The position numbers and the translations under genes are program-made. A stretch of 64,000 bases of DNA from Mobula hypostoma (lineage: Eukaryota): assembly GCF_963921235.1 (NCBI RefSeq), contig NC_086097.1, positions 92,196,001-92,260,000 on the forward strand. The letters run 5' to 3'. Positions 37,641-50,066 of the stretch are shown here, one piece after another. Positions within the stretch are counted from its first letter, which is position 1, and each line of letters starts with the position of its first letter. The notes under the pieces are model-generated. The model was not told the DNA's origin. It made no database searches and was given only the letters and a program-made list of their open reading frames with translations.

Positions 37641-38734
37641 AGGGGAGAGGGAGAGGGAAGCTAGTGTGCTAGTGTGGAGGTCCGAGACGGCTGGTTGGAG
37701 GCGATCTCATGACCAGCAACATTATCTACTGTGTAGTAGATTGCTTCCGTGATCATTTGCACACAGGGTCTTAGCACATGTGAGGCTTAAATGGATTAGA
37801 AGGACCAGAGGCTAGTGATCTTTCTCTTCTGTGACATTTAACAAATGGTCCCTACCCAACCTTTCCTTGTGGATGCTCGGTTGGACCCTAATTGCTGGCT
37901 TCCGGTTTTGAGACAAAGGCAAGGACAAGGTGGATATGAATGATACCAGCAGGGAAGTATATTACACAATAACATCCACAATAACATCGTATGATTTTAA
38001 ATCCATCTTAATACAGGTTACCTGGGACAGGTCTGAGAGGAATGTGGTCTATGAAAAAAAAGTACAATAATTATCAGTGCATAATTACTTAAAGCAAACA
38101 AAATGAACGAATCACCTTGCACTGATATTTCCTCAACTGGTCAGACTGAAAAAAGGCCTTTTGATTTAAGACATTATCTCTGTTCCTCACTTCAGCAGAT
38201 GCTCTCTGACACACCAGGTGATCCTGGCATTGTCCATCTGTGCATGTGTGTATGTATGCATGTGCTTTGTGCACATGTGTGTAACCTTTCACTCCGTAAC
38301 ACACCAGAGGTATGCTAGTTAATCGGCTGCTGTAACATTGCATCTATAGTAGGTGGTTAGCAGAAGAATTGGTAGAGGGACTGAGTGGAGGGGGTGGAAG
38401 TTGATAGGGGTGCAAAAGGTTAAATGAGATTAGATTCATGTAGGATTTGTGTACTTGGGTGTCTTAAGGTCAGTGCAGATATAATAGGCCAAAGGGCTAC
38501 CTTTTTACTTTGTCTCATCTCAGCTACAGGCGTGAGTGGTGACCAAGTGCAGAAGATACCAGATTCACAGTCCTACCTAAAACTTAGTCTCAGGATACGG
38601 AGCACACATTTAGAACCACGGTTAGAAACTCCTCACTTAAAGTGCTATGAATATTCGATTCTCCTGTCCCAGAGGGCTGTAGGTGCTCTACTATGAAGTG
38701 TAATTAAGTTAGAGATGTAACTAAGGATGACAGA

Positions 38735-40032
38735 GTTCAGAGAAACTTTACAAGGATGGTGCTGGATCCACAGGACTTGAGTTACAAGGAAAGATCGAAC
38801 TGATCACAAACAAGAGGAAGTCCGCGGATGCTGGAAATCCGAGCAACACACACAAAATACTGGAGGGATTCAGCAGGCCAGGCAGCATCAATGGAAAAAA
38901 GTGCCGTCGACGTTACGGACCAAAACCATTCGGCAGGACTGAAGAAAAAAAGATGAGGAGTGCCCCACCCTCATAGGTGGGGGGAGAGGATGGAACAGCA
39001 CAAGGCAATGGGTGAAACCAGGACAGGGAGGGGTGAAGTAAGAAGCCAGAAAAAGCGGGATCTCCCAGTGGCCACCCATTTTAATTCCACGTCCCATTCC
39101 CATTCTGACATGGCAGTCCATGGCCTCCTCTACTGGTGTGATGAGGCCACACTCAGGTTGGAGGAACAACACCTTATATTCCATCTGGGTCGCCTTCAAC
39201 TTGATGGCATGAGCATAGATTTCTCCAACTTCAGGTAATGCCCCACCCTCTTCACCATTCCCCATTCCCTTTTCCTTCTCTCACCTCATCTTCTTGCCTG
39301 CCCATCTCTGGTGCTCCTCCTCCCTTTTCTTTCTTCCAGGGCCTTCTGTCCTCTCCTATCAAATTCCCCCTCCTCTAGCCCTTTATCTCTTTCACCAATC
39401 AACTTCACAGCTTTTTACTTCACTCCTCCCCCTTCCCCAGTTTCACCTATCACTTTGTGTTTCTTCTTCTCCCCACCCCCCCCAACCTTTTAATTCTCCT
39501 CCTCTTATTTTTTCTCCAATCCTGTTAAGGATCTCAGCCCAAAACGTAGACTGTACTCTTTTCCACAGATGCTGCCTGGCCTGTTGAGTTCCTCCAGCAT
39601 TTTGTGTGTATTGCATAGGTTAGGACTGTATTCCTTGAAACGTAGAAGATTGAGGGGAGAGATGATTGATTTGTATAAAATTATGAGGCATATAGGTAGG
39701 GTAAATGCAAGCAGGTTTGTTTTTACTGAGGTTGGGTAGGACTACGACCAGAGGCATGGGGTAAGGGTGAAAAGTGAGATGTTTAAGGGGAATATGAGGA
39801 GGAATTTCTTCACTCAGAGGGTAATGAGAGTGTGGAATGAGCTGCTGGCACAAGTGGTGCATGTAAGTTCGGTTTCAACATTTTAAGAGAAGTTTGGATA
39901 GGTACATGGATAGTAGGGATATAGAGGGCTATGGTCCCAGTGCAGGTCGATGGGAGTATGCAGCTTAAATGGTTTCAGTATGGACTAGATGGGCCGAAGG
40001 GCCTGTTCTGTGCTGTACTTCCCTATGACTCT
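38735..40032 (+). mobile_element. CR1 3' fragment interrupted by a Penelope element
   Basis: VQR.FTRM at 38735-38800 continues as LGLYSL.RRRLRG at ~39616; CTATGACT tail. Confidence 0.75.
38805..39614 (+). mobile_element. Penelope-like element with an inverted terminal duplication
   Basis: DLPVATHFNSTSHSHSDM...RLEEQHLIFHLGRLQLDGMSIDFSNFR (GIY-YIG C-terminus); 38805-39040 is an inverted copy of the 3' end; decayed hammerhead motifs at 38905-38941(-) and 39517-39553(+). Confidence 0.85.
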
Positions 40033-41081
40033 GGAGCAATAGATTTCTGAATAGTCCAGGGAATCAGTGGACCCTGGATATGGTGGAGTTAGATTGGTGC
40101 AATTGAGAAGATCAGCCAATGCTTTATTGAAGGTCAGAACAAGATCGAAGAACCAAGCGGCCTCGCACTGCTCTTCTGGAATCTCTGTGACCTACACACA
40201 TTCTGCCTTTGTCTTAGGCATTAACTTAGAAATATCCATAACAGGAACTCCTTGACTGTACATCGTGACTGAGAAATACTGGACTTCTACTCTAGGACAG
40301 AAACATGTGAAGTCCACTTTACCTCTTTAATGCTCTGGCTAAATTTGTTGTCATGTTGGAAGACAGCATGATTTTCATTCTTTGATTTAATTATGAGTAG
40401 GCCATGTGATCTGGGCTGGGAAGAGCACATGGGCCTCACTAACAGTTGGTCACTGTTTCCGTCACTTCTGATGAAACATACGAAATTACACGCCCATACA
40501 CATTGGATGTAATGGAGTGCTAGACAGGAATTTTCTGCACATGTACTCAATTTTCCGCCTTTGATTATATCCCTAACTTGCAAAAGCCCAATTCAAACAG
40601 GCAACTGACCAATTAGCTTCTACACCAGCATGCATCTAGTATCCATTTGTAGATTTTAGGCTGTAGGCAACATTATATTCTGCTCAGCCTGTCTCACAGT
40701 GCCAACTATTCATTCATAAGCTCCTATAACTCTGACAAAACAATATTTCTTCTGTCTTCTTCCTGTATTCTGTGTTTATTCTTGGTAAAGAAAGAGAGGT
40801 TCTGTTTTGCCATTTTATGGGAATACTTTCATTGTATCAGCTGTCTACTGAGATCATTGACAGTGTGGGGATTTAAGAGAAACTAAAATTAAACCAGAGT
40901 ATACAAGGCAGCAGACTACTGAATAAGAGGGGGGAAATCGGGGAGGGGGGGCGTGTGCCAGCAATTATCCATTATCCACCCTGCATAGTGAAAGTTGTCT
41001 ATCATGTGAAATCCAGAGTCGTTCTCTGTTGAGCAAAGAAATTAGAGAGATGTAGGAGAGGTTTACAAAATCAAGGATGCT

Positions 41082-41301
41082 CCACAAAAGGCACTGGAGA
41101 AACTCAGCAGGTCATGTGCAGGAAAATAGACAGCTGACACTTTGGGTCAAGACCCATTATCTGGGTCCTTCTTTATCCACATGAGGGGTCTCAAAAGGTC
41201 AACTGTACACTTCACTCTATGGACGGTGTCTGACCCCTGAATTCCTCGCGTGCTTTATCTATTGCTCCAGATTCCAGCAACTGCAGTCTCTTGCATCTCC
41301 A
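41082..41301. mobile_element. Old Penelope-derived fold-back element
   Basis: Decayed inverted arms; flanking AAGGATGCT repeat (41073-41081, 41302-41310). Confidence 0.6.
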
Positions 41302-41785
41302 AAGGATGCTGTCCCCTTTAAGAGTTAGGTCAAAGACCAGCAGCACTTATTTCAGGCTACAGATTGCATCATTACCCACTTTTTATGTTAAACCAGTGTT
41401 GCAGGTCATCCAAATATTGCTTATGAATGTTCCTAAAAAGACATACGTTCAATTGCAAAGCTGAGATCTCAGCAGTGTCGAGCTTCCTTGAGCAATGTCA
41501 TGCTGGAGCCAACATTTGATTCAGTATGGCACTCAGAACATTCTCCCATTCCTCAGCATTTGCCCAGCAGTTCCCACCTTTACAGTCACCTCTGCAATCC
41601 TACACACCACAGTAATGACCCATTTAATTTTGAATGACCCACTGTCAATTGCCCAGTGGGTGCAGTTTGACATTGAGTTGAGTGTTCGGGCAATCTAACC
41701 CACGTAATGCTGCTTTTATGCTCAATTTGTGCATGGAAAATAGATGTTAGTGGAACTAATTTCAAGGCAAATAAGAGCATAACTA

Positions 41786-42100
41786 CACTCAGTGGCCACT
41801 TTATTAGGTACACCCGATTCTTAATGCAAGCATCCAATCAGCCAATTATACGGCAGCAACTCAAGGCATGAAAGTGTGCAGGCATGGTCAAGAGGTTCAG
41901 TTGTTGTTCAGACCAATCATCAGATGGCGAATAAATGTGATATAAGTAACTTTGACCATGGAACGATTGTTACTGCCATACAGTGTGGTTTGAGTATCTC
42001 AGAACCTGCTGAGCTCCTGGGATTTTCATGCACGACAGTCTCCAGACTTTACAGAGAATGGTGCAAAAAAAAACATCCAGTGAGCAGCAGTTCTGTGGAC
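41786..42100 (+). mobile_element. Tc1 5' fragment (TIR plus paired-like HTH)
   Basis: TA-CACTCAGTGGCCACTTTATTAGGTACACC; KCDISNFDHGTIV...GLSISEPAELLGFSCTTVSRLYREW. Confidence 0.8.
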
Positions 42101-42706
42101 TGAGGAACAGCCTGGGAGAAGAATATAAAATGGACAGGGTGGACACTGAGAGGCTGCTCTTGTTGCTGAAGAGGACGAGGGGTCATGGACTTAAAATAAA
42201 GGGAAGATAATTAATAATGGCTTACGTCAGAGTGTGGTCAAGGTCTGGAATAGACTGTCTGCAACTAGGTTCCATTGTGGTTTTCAAGGGGGAGTTGGAT
42301 AAATGTACGGCATGGATGTGGAAAAAGGGAAAGGGTTTGGGAATGGAAACAGTGAATAGCTCTGATAGAGAGCTGGTGCATAGAAACTGAGCTAAACAAT
42401 GTCCTTCCAGTCTACAATATTTAGTTCAGCAGTGGCTGAAGTCATTATTTCTGACTTGAACTGCTCCCCTCTGTCCTTTGCAGTGTTTTTGCACAGACAT
42501 CTTTCCCAAACACTGATCAAGTGAAGATGGGTTTAGAAACAACTGGTTTTGAACCACTAAACTGTGCTATTGCACACTATATTGATATGCATAAGTCAAT
42601 ATTGCTCAGTTTAGTGGTGTAACTTACATACATTTAATGAGGCAAAATTCACAACATGTGATATTATTTCAATCTGACAGGTCATTTCAATTCATTTAAA
42701 CTGAAC

Positions 42707-42883
42707 ACAAACAAGAGAAAATCTGCAGATGCTGGAAGACCAAGCAACACACACAAAATACTGGAGGAACTCAGCAGGCCAGGCAGCAGTCCTGATGAAG
42801 GGTCTCGGCCCGATACATCGACTATTTACCGTTTTCCATAGATGCAGCCTGGCCTGCTGAGTTCCTCCAGCATTTTGTGTGCG
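42707..42883 (+). mobile_element. Hammerhead-bearing fold-back insertion
   Basis: 15-bp TSD TCATTTAAACTGAAC (42692-42706, 42884-42898); inverted arms; motif CAGTCCTGATGAAGGGTCTCGGCCCGATACATCGACT at 42787-42823. Confidence 0.88.
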
Positions 42884-43836
42884 TCATTTAAACTGAACTT
42901 AGTTTACATACAACACCTCATTAATCCAGTTTTAGATTCAGAACCCAGGAGGCAGCTATGCAGGGGATTTTAACTCTCTGAGACATGTTCTAAGGCACAT
43001 AGTTTAACTTATTCACAGCTAGGTCTGTCTGTATAAAAATTTCTCAAACAACTGTAAAATCTATAATATATTGAAAATCATTTAATTAAAAGTGGAACTC
43101 TTTAGGTCATTATAAACCCCTCATGCCCTCTAAAGTCATAATTTAACTCGTGGACTCTGGTGAACCTAAGGTCAAAATTTCATTTGTAAGATTTGGTGCC
43201 CAGTGAATGTTTAACTTCAACCTTCTCCTGAGATCTCCACTATCACAGACAACTGGCATCATGGTCAGTTCCATCCACAAAATGTGAAATACTGGAGCCT
43301 TACACCCAAAAGCACTCAGGCTATGGTGGCAAAGTAGTAAGTTATTGAACATGTAATTAGGAAACAGAGGTCTAGAACTCTGATCCAGAGACAGGGAGTT
43401 TGAATCCCAAAGTGAAAAGTGATAAAATAATTCTGGAATGCTGCCCAAACTGCCGAGTTCCTCCAACATTTTGTGCACGTTGCCCATCTGCTTCACTATT
43501 GCTTTCAGGGAGGAAGTTCTGCCTTTCTTCCACAACTTGGCCTGTGTTTGATTCTAGATCCACAAATGTGGTTGACTCTCAGCTGCCGCCTCAGCCCAAG
43601 AACAGTTAGGGTTGGGCAAGGTAGACCAGTGCTGCCCATGTGCCCAGATCCTGTAAGCTAGATTTAAAAGGACAAGGCAGCTAGATGAGTTGATGCAGGT
43701 AAGATACTGGCATCAGCCTGACAGCATGGAAAATTGGATAAACTCCCTATCCACACAAATTCAACTAGCCTGATACCCACCAAGTCAAACTGCTCTCAAT
43801 TACTAGTAATTATGACTTTAAATATTATTACCTTAG

Positions 43837-44151
43837 TGTGGGCATGTGGCCAAGAGGTTAAGGCATTCGACTTGTGACCTGAAGGTCGTGAGTTCAAGCC
43901 CCAGCCGAGGCAGCGTGTTGTGTCCTTGAGCAAGGCACTTAACCACACATTGCTCTGCGACGACACTGGTGCCAAGCTGTATGGGTCCTAATGCCCTTCC
44001 CTTGGACAACATTGGTGTCGTGGAGAGGGGAGACTTGCAGCATGGGCAACGGCCAGTCTTCCATACAACCTTGCCCAGGCCTGAGCCCTGGGGAGTGAAG
44101 ACTTTCCAGGTGCAGATCCATGGTCTCACAAGACTAACGGATGCCTTAATA
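43837..44151 (+). mobile_element. tRNA-derived SINE, copy 1
   Basis: A box TGGCCAAGAGG, B box GAGTTCAAGCC, 13-bp TSD ATTATTACCTTAG; paralog at 48498. Confidence 0.9.
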
Positions 44152-44166
44152 ATTATTACCTTAGAG

Positions 44167-44242
44167 TAAGGGTTCCCAACCTTTTTTTTCAAGCCATGGA
44201 GCCTTACTGAGGGATTCATGGACCCCAGGTTGGGAACACCTG
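44167..44242. mobile_element. 76-bp hAT-type MITE
   Basis: TIR GGGTTCCCAACC / GGTTGGGAACACC; 8-bp TSD CCTTAGAG / TCTTAGAG. Confidence 0.75.
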
Positions 44243-44250
44243 TCTTAGAG

Positions 44251-44608
44251 GTTATCATGAGGGGTATAGCTGAGGTGAATAGCTAAAGTTTCTTTTTTCG
44301 CACCCGGAGTACGGGAGTCTAAAACTAGAGGCCATTGGTTTGAGGAGAGAGGGGAGAGAATAGGGACGAGAGGGGCAACTTTTCCATACAGTGGGTGGAG
44401 CGTATGTGGAATGTGCTACTAGAGGAAAAGGTAGAGGCTGGCACATTAACAAAGTTTAAAAGATATTTGGGCAGGGACATGAATAGAGAAGATTTAGAGA
44501 GATATGGGCCAAGTACAGCAAATGTGGATTTGCTTTGTTAGGCAACTTGATCAGTACAGACAAGTTGAATGAGGGGCCCTTTTACTGTGCTGTATGGCTC
44601 TATGACTG
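44251..44608 (+). mobile_element. CR1 3' fragment, old
   Basis: Similar to CR1 3' ends; CTCTATGACT tail. Confidence 0.65.
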
Positions 44609-45269
44609 ATTTAAAACATTGTCAAAAGTACAGAATTTCAAAGATCAGGCGGATAAGCTAACTTCAAAGTAAAAGCGGGTTTAATTTCACATGATATCAA
44701 TGATTACTAATAAAATGGAAGCCTTGGGGAACCAGGGAAGATCTCTTCACTGGCTGGAACTGTGCACTGCAGATGGAAAGGAGGTTATATCCCAGAGAGC
44801 TATTAGCTCAGCCCATGAGCATTGCTTCAGATTTCCCTCAGGCCTCTAAGCTGCTTCATCAGTCACCTTCTCTTCACAATGAGGTCACACATTAGGACGT
44901 TCACTCATCGTTACATAGAAGCCAATTCCTCAGATAATGAAGCAATCCATGCCTCTTCAGTACATAAACTTGGACTATAAGTAATATTTTGTCCAGAAAT
45001 GGGTCCATGTACTTTGAGTCTGATCAATGTACCTTGACATTCAACAACACTGATCTTACAACTCTGCAAGTGTGCAGTACCTTCAGCTCACCAAGTTCAT
45101 GCTAACAATCAAACACTCATACTACATTAATCCCATTCTTTAAAATTCATCCTCCCCTAGACTTTACCACTTATGCACACACCAGGGGCAATTTACAATG
45201 GCCAATTAAACTACCAACCGCCCATCTTTGGGGTGTGACCAAAAAATAAAACAGTACCCAGAAGAAGCC

Positions 45270-47332
45270 AAATATATATTCCAAATAAGAAGAAATTTTC
45301 AATGGGAAGAAGGACATAACCATGGCTGACAAGTGAAGTCAGAGCCAAAGTAAAAGCAAAAGAGAGGGCATACAAGGAAACCAGAGCTAGTGGGAAGACA
45401 GAGGATTGGGGAGCTTTTAAAAACTTGCAGAAGGAAACTAAGAAGGTCATTCAGAAGGAAAAGGTGAATTATGAGAGGAAGCTGGTGACTAATATCAAAG
45501 AAGATACTAAAAGCTTTGTTAAGAATATAAAAAGGGTAAAAGAGAGTCGAGGGTAGATATAGGACCAATACAAAATGATGTTGGAGATATTATAATGAGA
45601 GATGCAGAGATGGCAGAGGAACTGGATGCTGATTTGCACCAGTCTTCATAGTGGAAGACATATGCAGTATACCGGACTTTCAAGAGTGTCGACGAAGTGA
45701 AGTTTGTGCAGTGAAAATTATGATTGAGAAGATGCTCAGGAAACTTAATGGTCTGAGGGTGGATAAATCTCCTGGATCTAATGGATTGCACCCTTGGGCT
45801 CTGAAGGAAGTAGCTGGACAGATTGCAAAGGCATTAATGATGATCTTTCAAGAATTGATAGATTCTAGCATTGTACCAGATGACTCGAAAATTGCAAATG
45901 TTACACCACTATTTAAGAAGGGTGGGAAGGAAACTATAGACCTGTTAGCCTGACATCAGTGGTTGGGAAGTTGTTGGAATCGATTGTTAGGGATGAGATT
46001 ACGGAGTACCTGGAGGCACATGACAAGATAGGCCAAAGCCAGCATGGTTTCCTGATAGGAAAATCTTGCCTGACTAACCTACTGCAATTCTTTGAGGAAA
46101 TTACAAGCAGGGTAGACAAAGGAGATGCAGTAGACGTGGTGTACTTGGATCTTCAAGCCGTTGACAAGTGCCGCACATGAGGCTGCTTAGCAAGATAAGA
46201 GCCCATGGAATTACAGGGAAGTTACTAGCGTGGGTGGAGCAATGGCTGGTCGGCAGAAAACAGAGAATGGGAATAAAGGGATCCTATTTTGGTCGGCTGC
46301 CGGTTACCAGTGGAGTTCCACAGGGATCGGTGTTGGGACCGCTGCTTTTTATGATGCAGCATATGATTTGGACTACGGTATTAATGGATTTGTGGCTAAA
46401 TTTGCTGATGGTATAAAGATAGGTGGAGGAGCAGGTAGTGTTGAGGAAACAGAGAGCCTGCAGAGAGACTTAGATAGTTTAGGGGAATGGGCAAAGAAGT
46501 GGCAAATGAAATACAATGTTGGAAAGTGTATGGTCATGCACTTTGGTGAAAGAAATAAACGGGCAGACTATTATTTAGATGAGGAGAGAACTCAAAATAC
46601 AGAAATGTAAAGGGACTTGGGAGTCCTCGTGTAGGATATCCTAAAGGTTAACCTCCAGGTTGAGTCAGTTGTGAAGAAGGCGAACGTAATGTTTGCATTC
46701 ATTTCTAAAGCTATAGCATATAAGAGCAGGGGTGTAATGTTGAGGCTCTATAAGGCACTCGTGAGACCACACTTGGAGTATTGTGTGCAGTTTTGGGCTC
46801 CTTATTTTAGAAAGGATATACTGACATTTGAGAGGGTTCAGAGAAGATTCACGAGAATGATTCCAGTAATGAAAGGGTTACATATGAGGAACGTCTGGCA
46901 GCTCTTGGGCTGTATTCCCTGAAGTTCAGGAGAATGAGGGGGGATCTCATAGAAACATTTCAAATGTTAAAAGGCCTGTATAGATTAGATATGGCAAAGT
47001 TATTTCCTATGGTAGGGGATTCTAGGTCAAAAGGGCACGACTTCAGGATTGAAGGACATCCTTTTAGATCTGAGATACGGAGAAATTACTTTAGTCAGAA
47101 GGTAGTAAATCTGTGGAATTTGTTGCCACGAGCAGCTGTGGAGGCCAGGTCATTGGGAGTACTTAAGGCAGAGATAGATAGGTTCTTGATTAGCCAGGGC
47201 ACCAAAGGGTATGGGGTGAAGGCAGGGGAATGGGGATGACTGGAAGAAGTAGATCAGCCCATGATTGAATGATGGAGTAGGCTCGATGGGCCGAATGGCC
47301 TACTTCTGCTCCTATATCTTATGGTCTTATGG
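45270..47332 (+). mobile_element. CR1 LINE, 5'-truncated, inserted in a minus-strand V-SINE
   Basis: RT fragments in ORFs 45651-47239; (CTTATGGT)n tail; the V-SINE at ~45100-45269 resumes at ~47333. Confidence 0.93.
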
Positions 47333-47679
47333 AAGCTCATGCAGCCACAGGGGCAATGTGCAAGAGAATATAAATGTCGGGACCTGGAGCTCAACGAACT
47401 ATGGAGGGAAATAGGAATAGACACTTTGCATGAGGACCCTCACCTAGACTGAAAAATACAGGGAAGACAACCTTTATAAAGAGGTGAGGGTAAGGGGTGG
47501 AGCAAATACTATGTAAAACTCTTTAGTGAGTGAATTCTTTCTGTGAATGTTTCTCTGTGCATGGTTAGGAGTTGATACTTGATCTATGCAGAAATGATTG
47601 TGAGGGTTATATGTCAAAAATTATAATTACTGCTCAAGTAAAAACAACACGTGGCAAGGTTCATTGGGAGTATTTATCT

Positions 47680-48110
47680 ACTCTGAGTTGGAAGATGGCG
47701 AGTTGAAGTCTCACTTCTTCAGTTGAGGTAATCTAAGCTGGCACTCCTGAGGGAGCATTGCATTACTAGGGGCTGGTCAGTTGGATGAGGGTGCTGTAAA
47801 CATGAGAAAATCTGCTGATGCTGGAGATCCAAAGCAACACACACAAAATGCTGGAGGAACTCAGTAGATCAGGTAGCATCTATAGAAATGAACAAACAGT
47901 CAATGTTTTAGTCTGAGTCCTGAAGGTGGTCTTGGCTCAAAACATCAACTGTTTATTAATTTCCATAAATTCTGCCTGACATGTTGAGTTCCTCCAGCAT
48001 TTCGCGGATGAGGCCAGAGACTCTCTGACATATGGACGTTAAAGACCCAAGAGCAATTCTGAGGAAGGACAGGGTAATGTTTTCTGGTGTGCTCAGCCTT
48101 AAATAAGCAT
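47680..48110 (+). mobile_element. Deu-domain SINE relic interrupted by a fold-back element
   Basis: GAGGGAGCATTGCA..TTGGATGAG | GGACGTTAAAGACCCA..TTTTCTGGTGTGCT core pieces. Confidence 0.55.
47800..48003. mobile_element. Penelope-derived fold-back element, decayed core
   Basis: Arms AAATGCTGGAGGAACTCA / TGAGTTCCTCCAGCATTT. Confidence 0.75.
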
Positions 48111-48497
48111 CATTAAAAGCAAGTCAATACCTTACTGATTTTTGAAGAACATTGTTTTATAACATTAAACATGTTGAAAAATACATCATCTGGGATGTCC
48201 CCAGAGTATCTTGATCCATTGTAGCATGCCTCTTTCTTTGTGCAAATTGCCTGATCATATGGCTAAACATGAGGGCCCACAGTCCAACTCCGGAACAAAT
48301 GGAATTGCAGGAGGTCATTTAGTGGGAGGAAACATCAAACAATCACCAAACCTGCTGTTGTAAGATGGCTTTCGGCGGAATGAAAAACAGGTGATTCACT
48401 TATTGTCCAGAAATAGGCACAAAGTGTTTTTTTAACTACTGTGAAGGCATGTACAGAGTTGTAATCATCCTATTTTAGCTGCTATTAACATTACTGT

Positions 48498-48811
48498 GGG
48501 CACGTGGCCAAGTGGTTAAAGCATTGGACTAGCAACCTGAAGGTCGTGAGTTCAAGCCCCAGCCGAGGGAACGTGTTGTGTCCTTGAGCAAAGGCACTTA
48601 ATCACACATTGCTCTGTGACGACACTGGTGCCAAGCTGTATGGGTCCTAATGCCCTTCCCTTGGACAACATTGGTGTCGTGGAGAGGGGAGACCTGCAGT
48701 ATGGGCAACTGCTGGTCTTCCATACAACCTTGCCCAGGCCTGCGCCCTGGAGAGTGAAGACTTTCTAGGCGCACATCCATGGTCTCGCAAGACTAACGGA
48801 TGCCTTTACAT
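48498..48811 (+). mobile_element. tRNA-derived SINE, copy 2
   Basis: A box TGGCCAAGTGG, B box GAGTTCAAGCC, 13-bp TSD TTAACATTACTGT. Confidence 0.9.
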
Positions 48812-49856
48812 TTAACATTACTGTTTTGAAATTAGATTTCACTTTTATCTGGCACACTGAACTGCTGACGTGCCCTTGTCTAAACGTCATTCGCAAAGTT
48901 GAGGAAATGTAGCTCTGAGAAAACTAATTAACATCATCTTCAGACTGCTTGCTGCATTGAAACATGTCCTGTGTCTTTCTCCACTGCAGCTGTCTGCCAG
49001 ATTGCTGACAGGAAGTGTATTGATGCTTTAGATACGCAAGAGGCTGCCATTGAGGTGAGTTGAAACTCGGCGGGGAGGGACTGTTTCCAAGATCGGCATC
49101 CTCCCAATCCAACCTCACCCTACTCACCCCCGACACTCCCCATTTCCTGAGTTCATCAGCACAAATGATGATTTGTGCAACAAAAGGAGCCATGCCAGTG
49201 CCTGGGTTCATCTCTGCGGAGATCACAGCTCTGCATTGCCGCAGCAAGCACTGCAAAACTGAGAAATGTGTGAAAAATACAGCAAGCAGTACGAGCTCAG
49301 GCAAGGTACTGCATATCAATAATCCGAGCAAGATCCTTTAGTTCACCTCTCCTATCTGACTTGTCAGGGTGGTTGCCCCCTGTTTTGTAAAAGTCACAGA
49401 CTGCAAATAATGGGTCCAATTTCTCTTAGTAAGGCAGAGACTAGCATTGTGCTTGCCAATGCTGTCATCATACATCGAATAATGTTAAAGAAATGTCAGC
49501 CACACGACTGCAAATCAAGTCTGGAGAAGTCCAGTTCAGTTTCAGAAAGTGTGAGATTTCAACCAGCATGACTCATAGGGTCATAGAGACACCCTGGAAA
49601 CAAGCCCGGCAGCCCATTGAGTTTGCACCTCATTTACACTAATATTACATTAATCTCATTTTCACTCTCCCCATATTCAATCACTAAGGACAGTTTATGG
49701 TGGTCATTGACCCCACCAATCCGCATTGGGCGGAAACTGGCACACCCAGAGGAAACCCCCACGGTCACAATGAAAATGTGGAGACACCACATAGACAGGA
49801 CTGGAGATCCGGATAAAAAGTGGGTCTCTGGTGTTGTGAGACATGGGCTCTGCTAG

Positions 49857-50066
49857 ACTCACAACATGCTGGAGGAACTCAGCAGGTCGGGCAGCATCCG
49901 TGGAAAAGATCAGTTGATGTTTTGGGCCGGAACCCTTCGTCAGGACAAAGGGTTCCGGCCCAAAACGTCAACCAATCTTTTCCACAGATGCTGCCCACCC
50001 TGCTGAGTTCCTCCAGCATGTTGTGAGTGTTGCTTTGACCCCAGCATCTGCAGATTATTTTGTGCT
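49857..50066 (-). mobile_element. Hammerhead-bearing fold-back insertion
   Basis: 13-bp TSD TGGGCTCTGCTAG (49844-49856, 50067-50079); two divergent motif copies meet at ~49940. Confidence 0.88.

Noticed and set aside
43837..43910. tRNA genes (also 48498-48570)
   Set aside because: These are tRNA-like heads of TSD-flanked SINEs; no full cloverleaf acceptor stem or terminator.
48924..49341. Overlapping 135-aa and 93-aa ORFs in unique DNA
   Set aside because: No recognisable domain, non-ATG starts and no supported splice structure.
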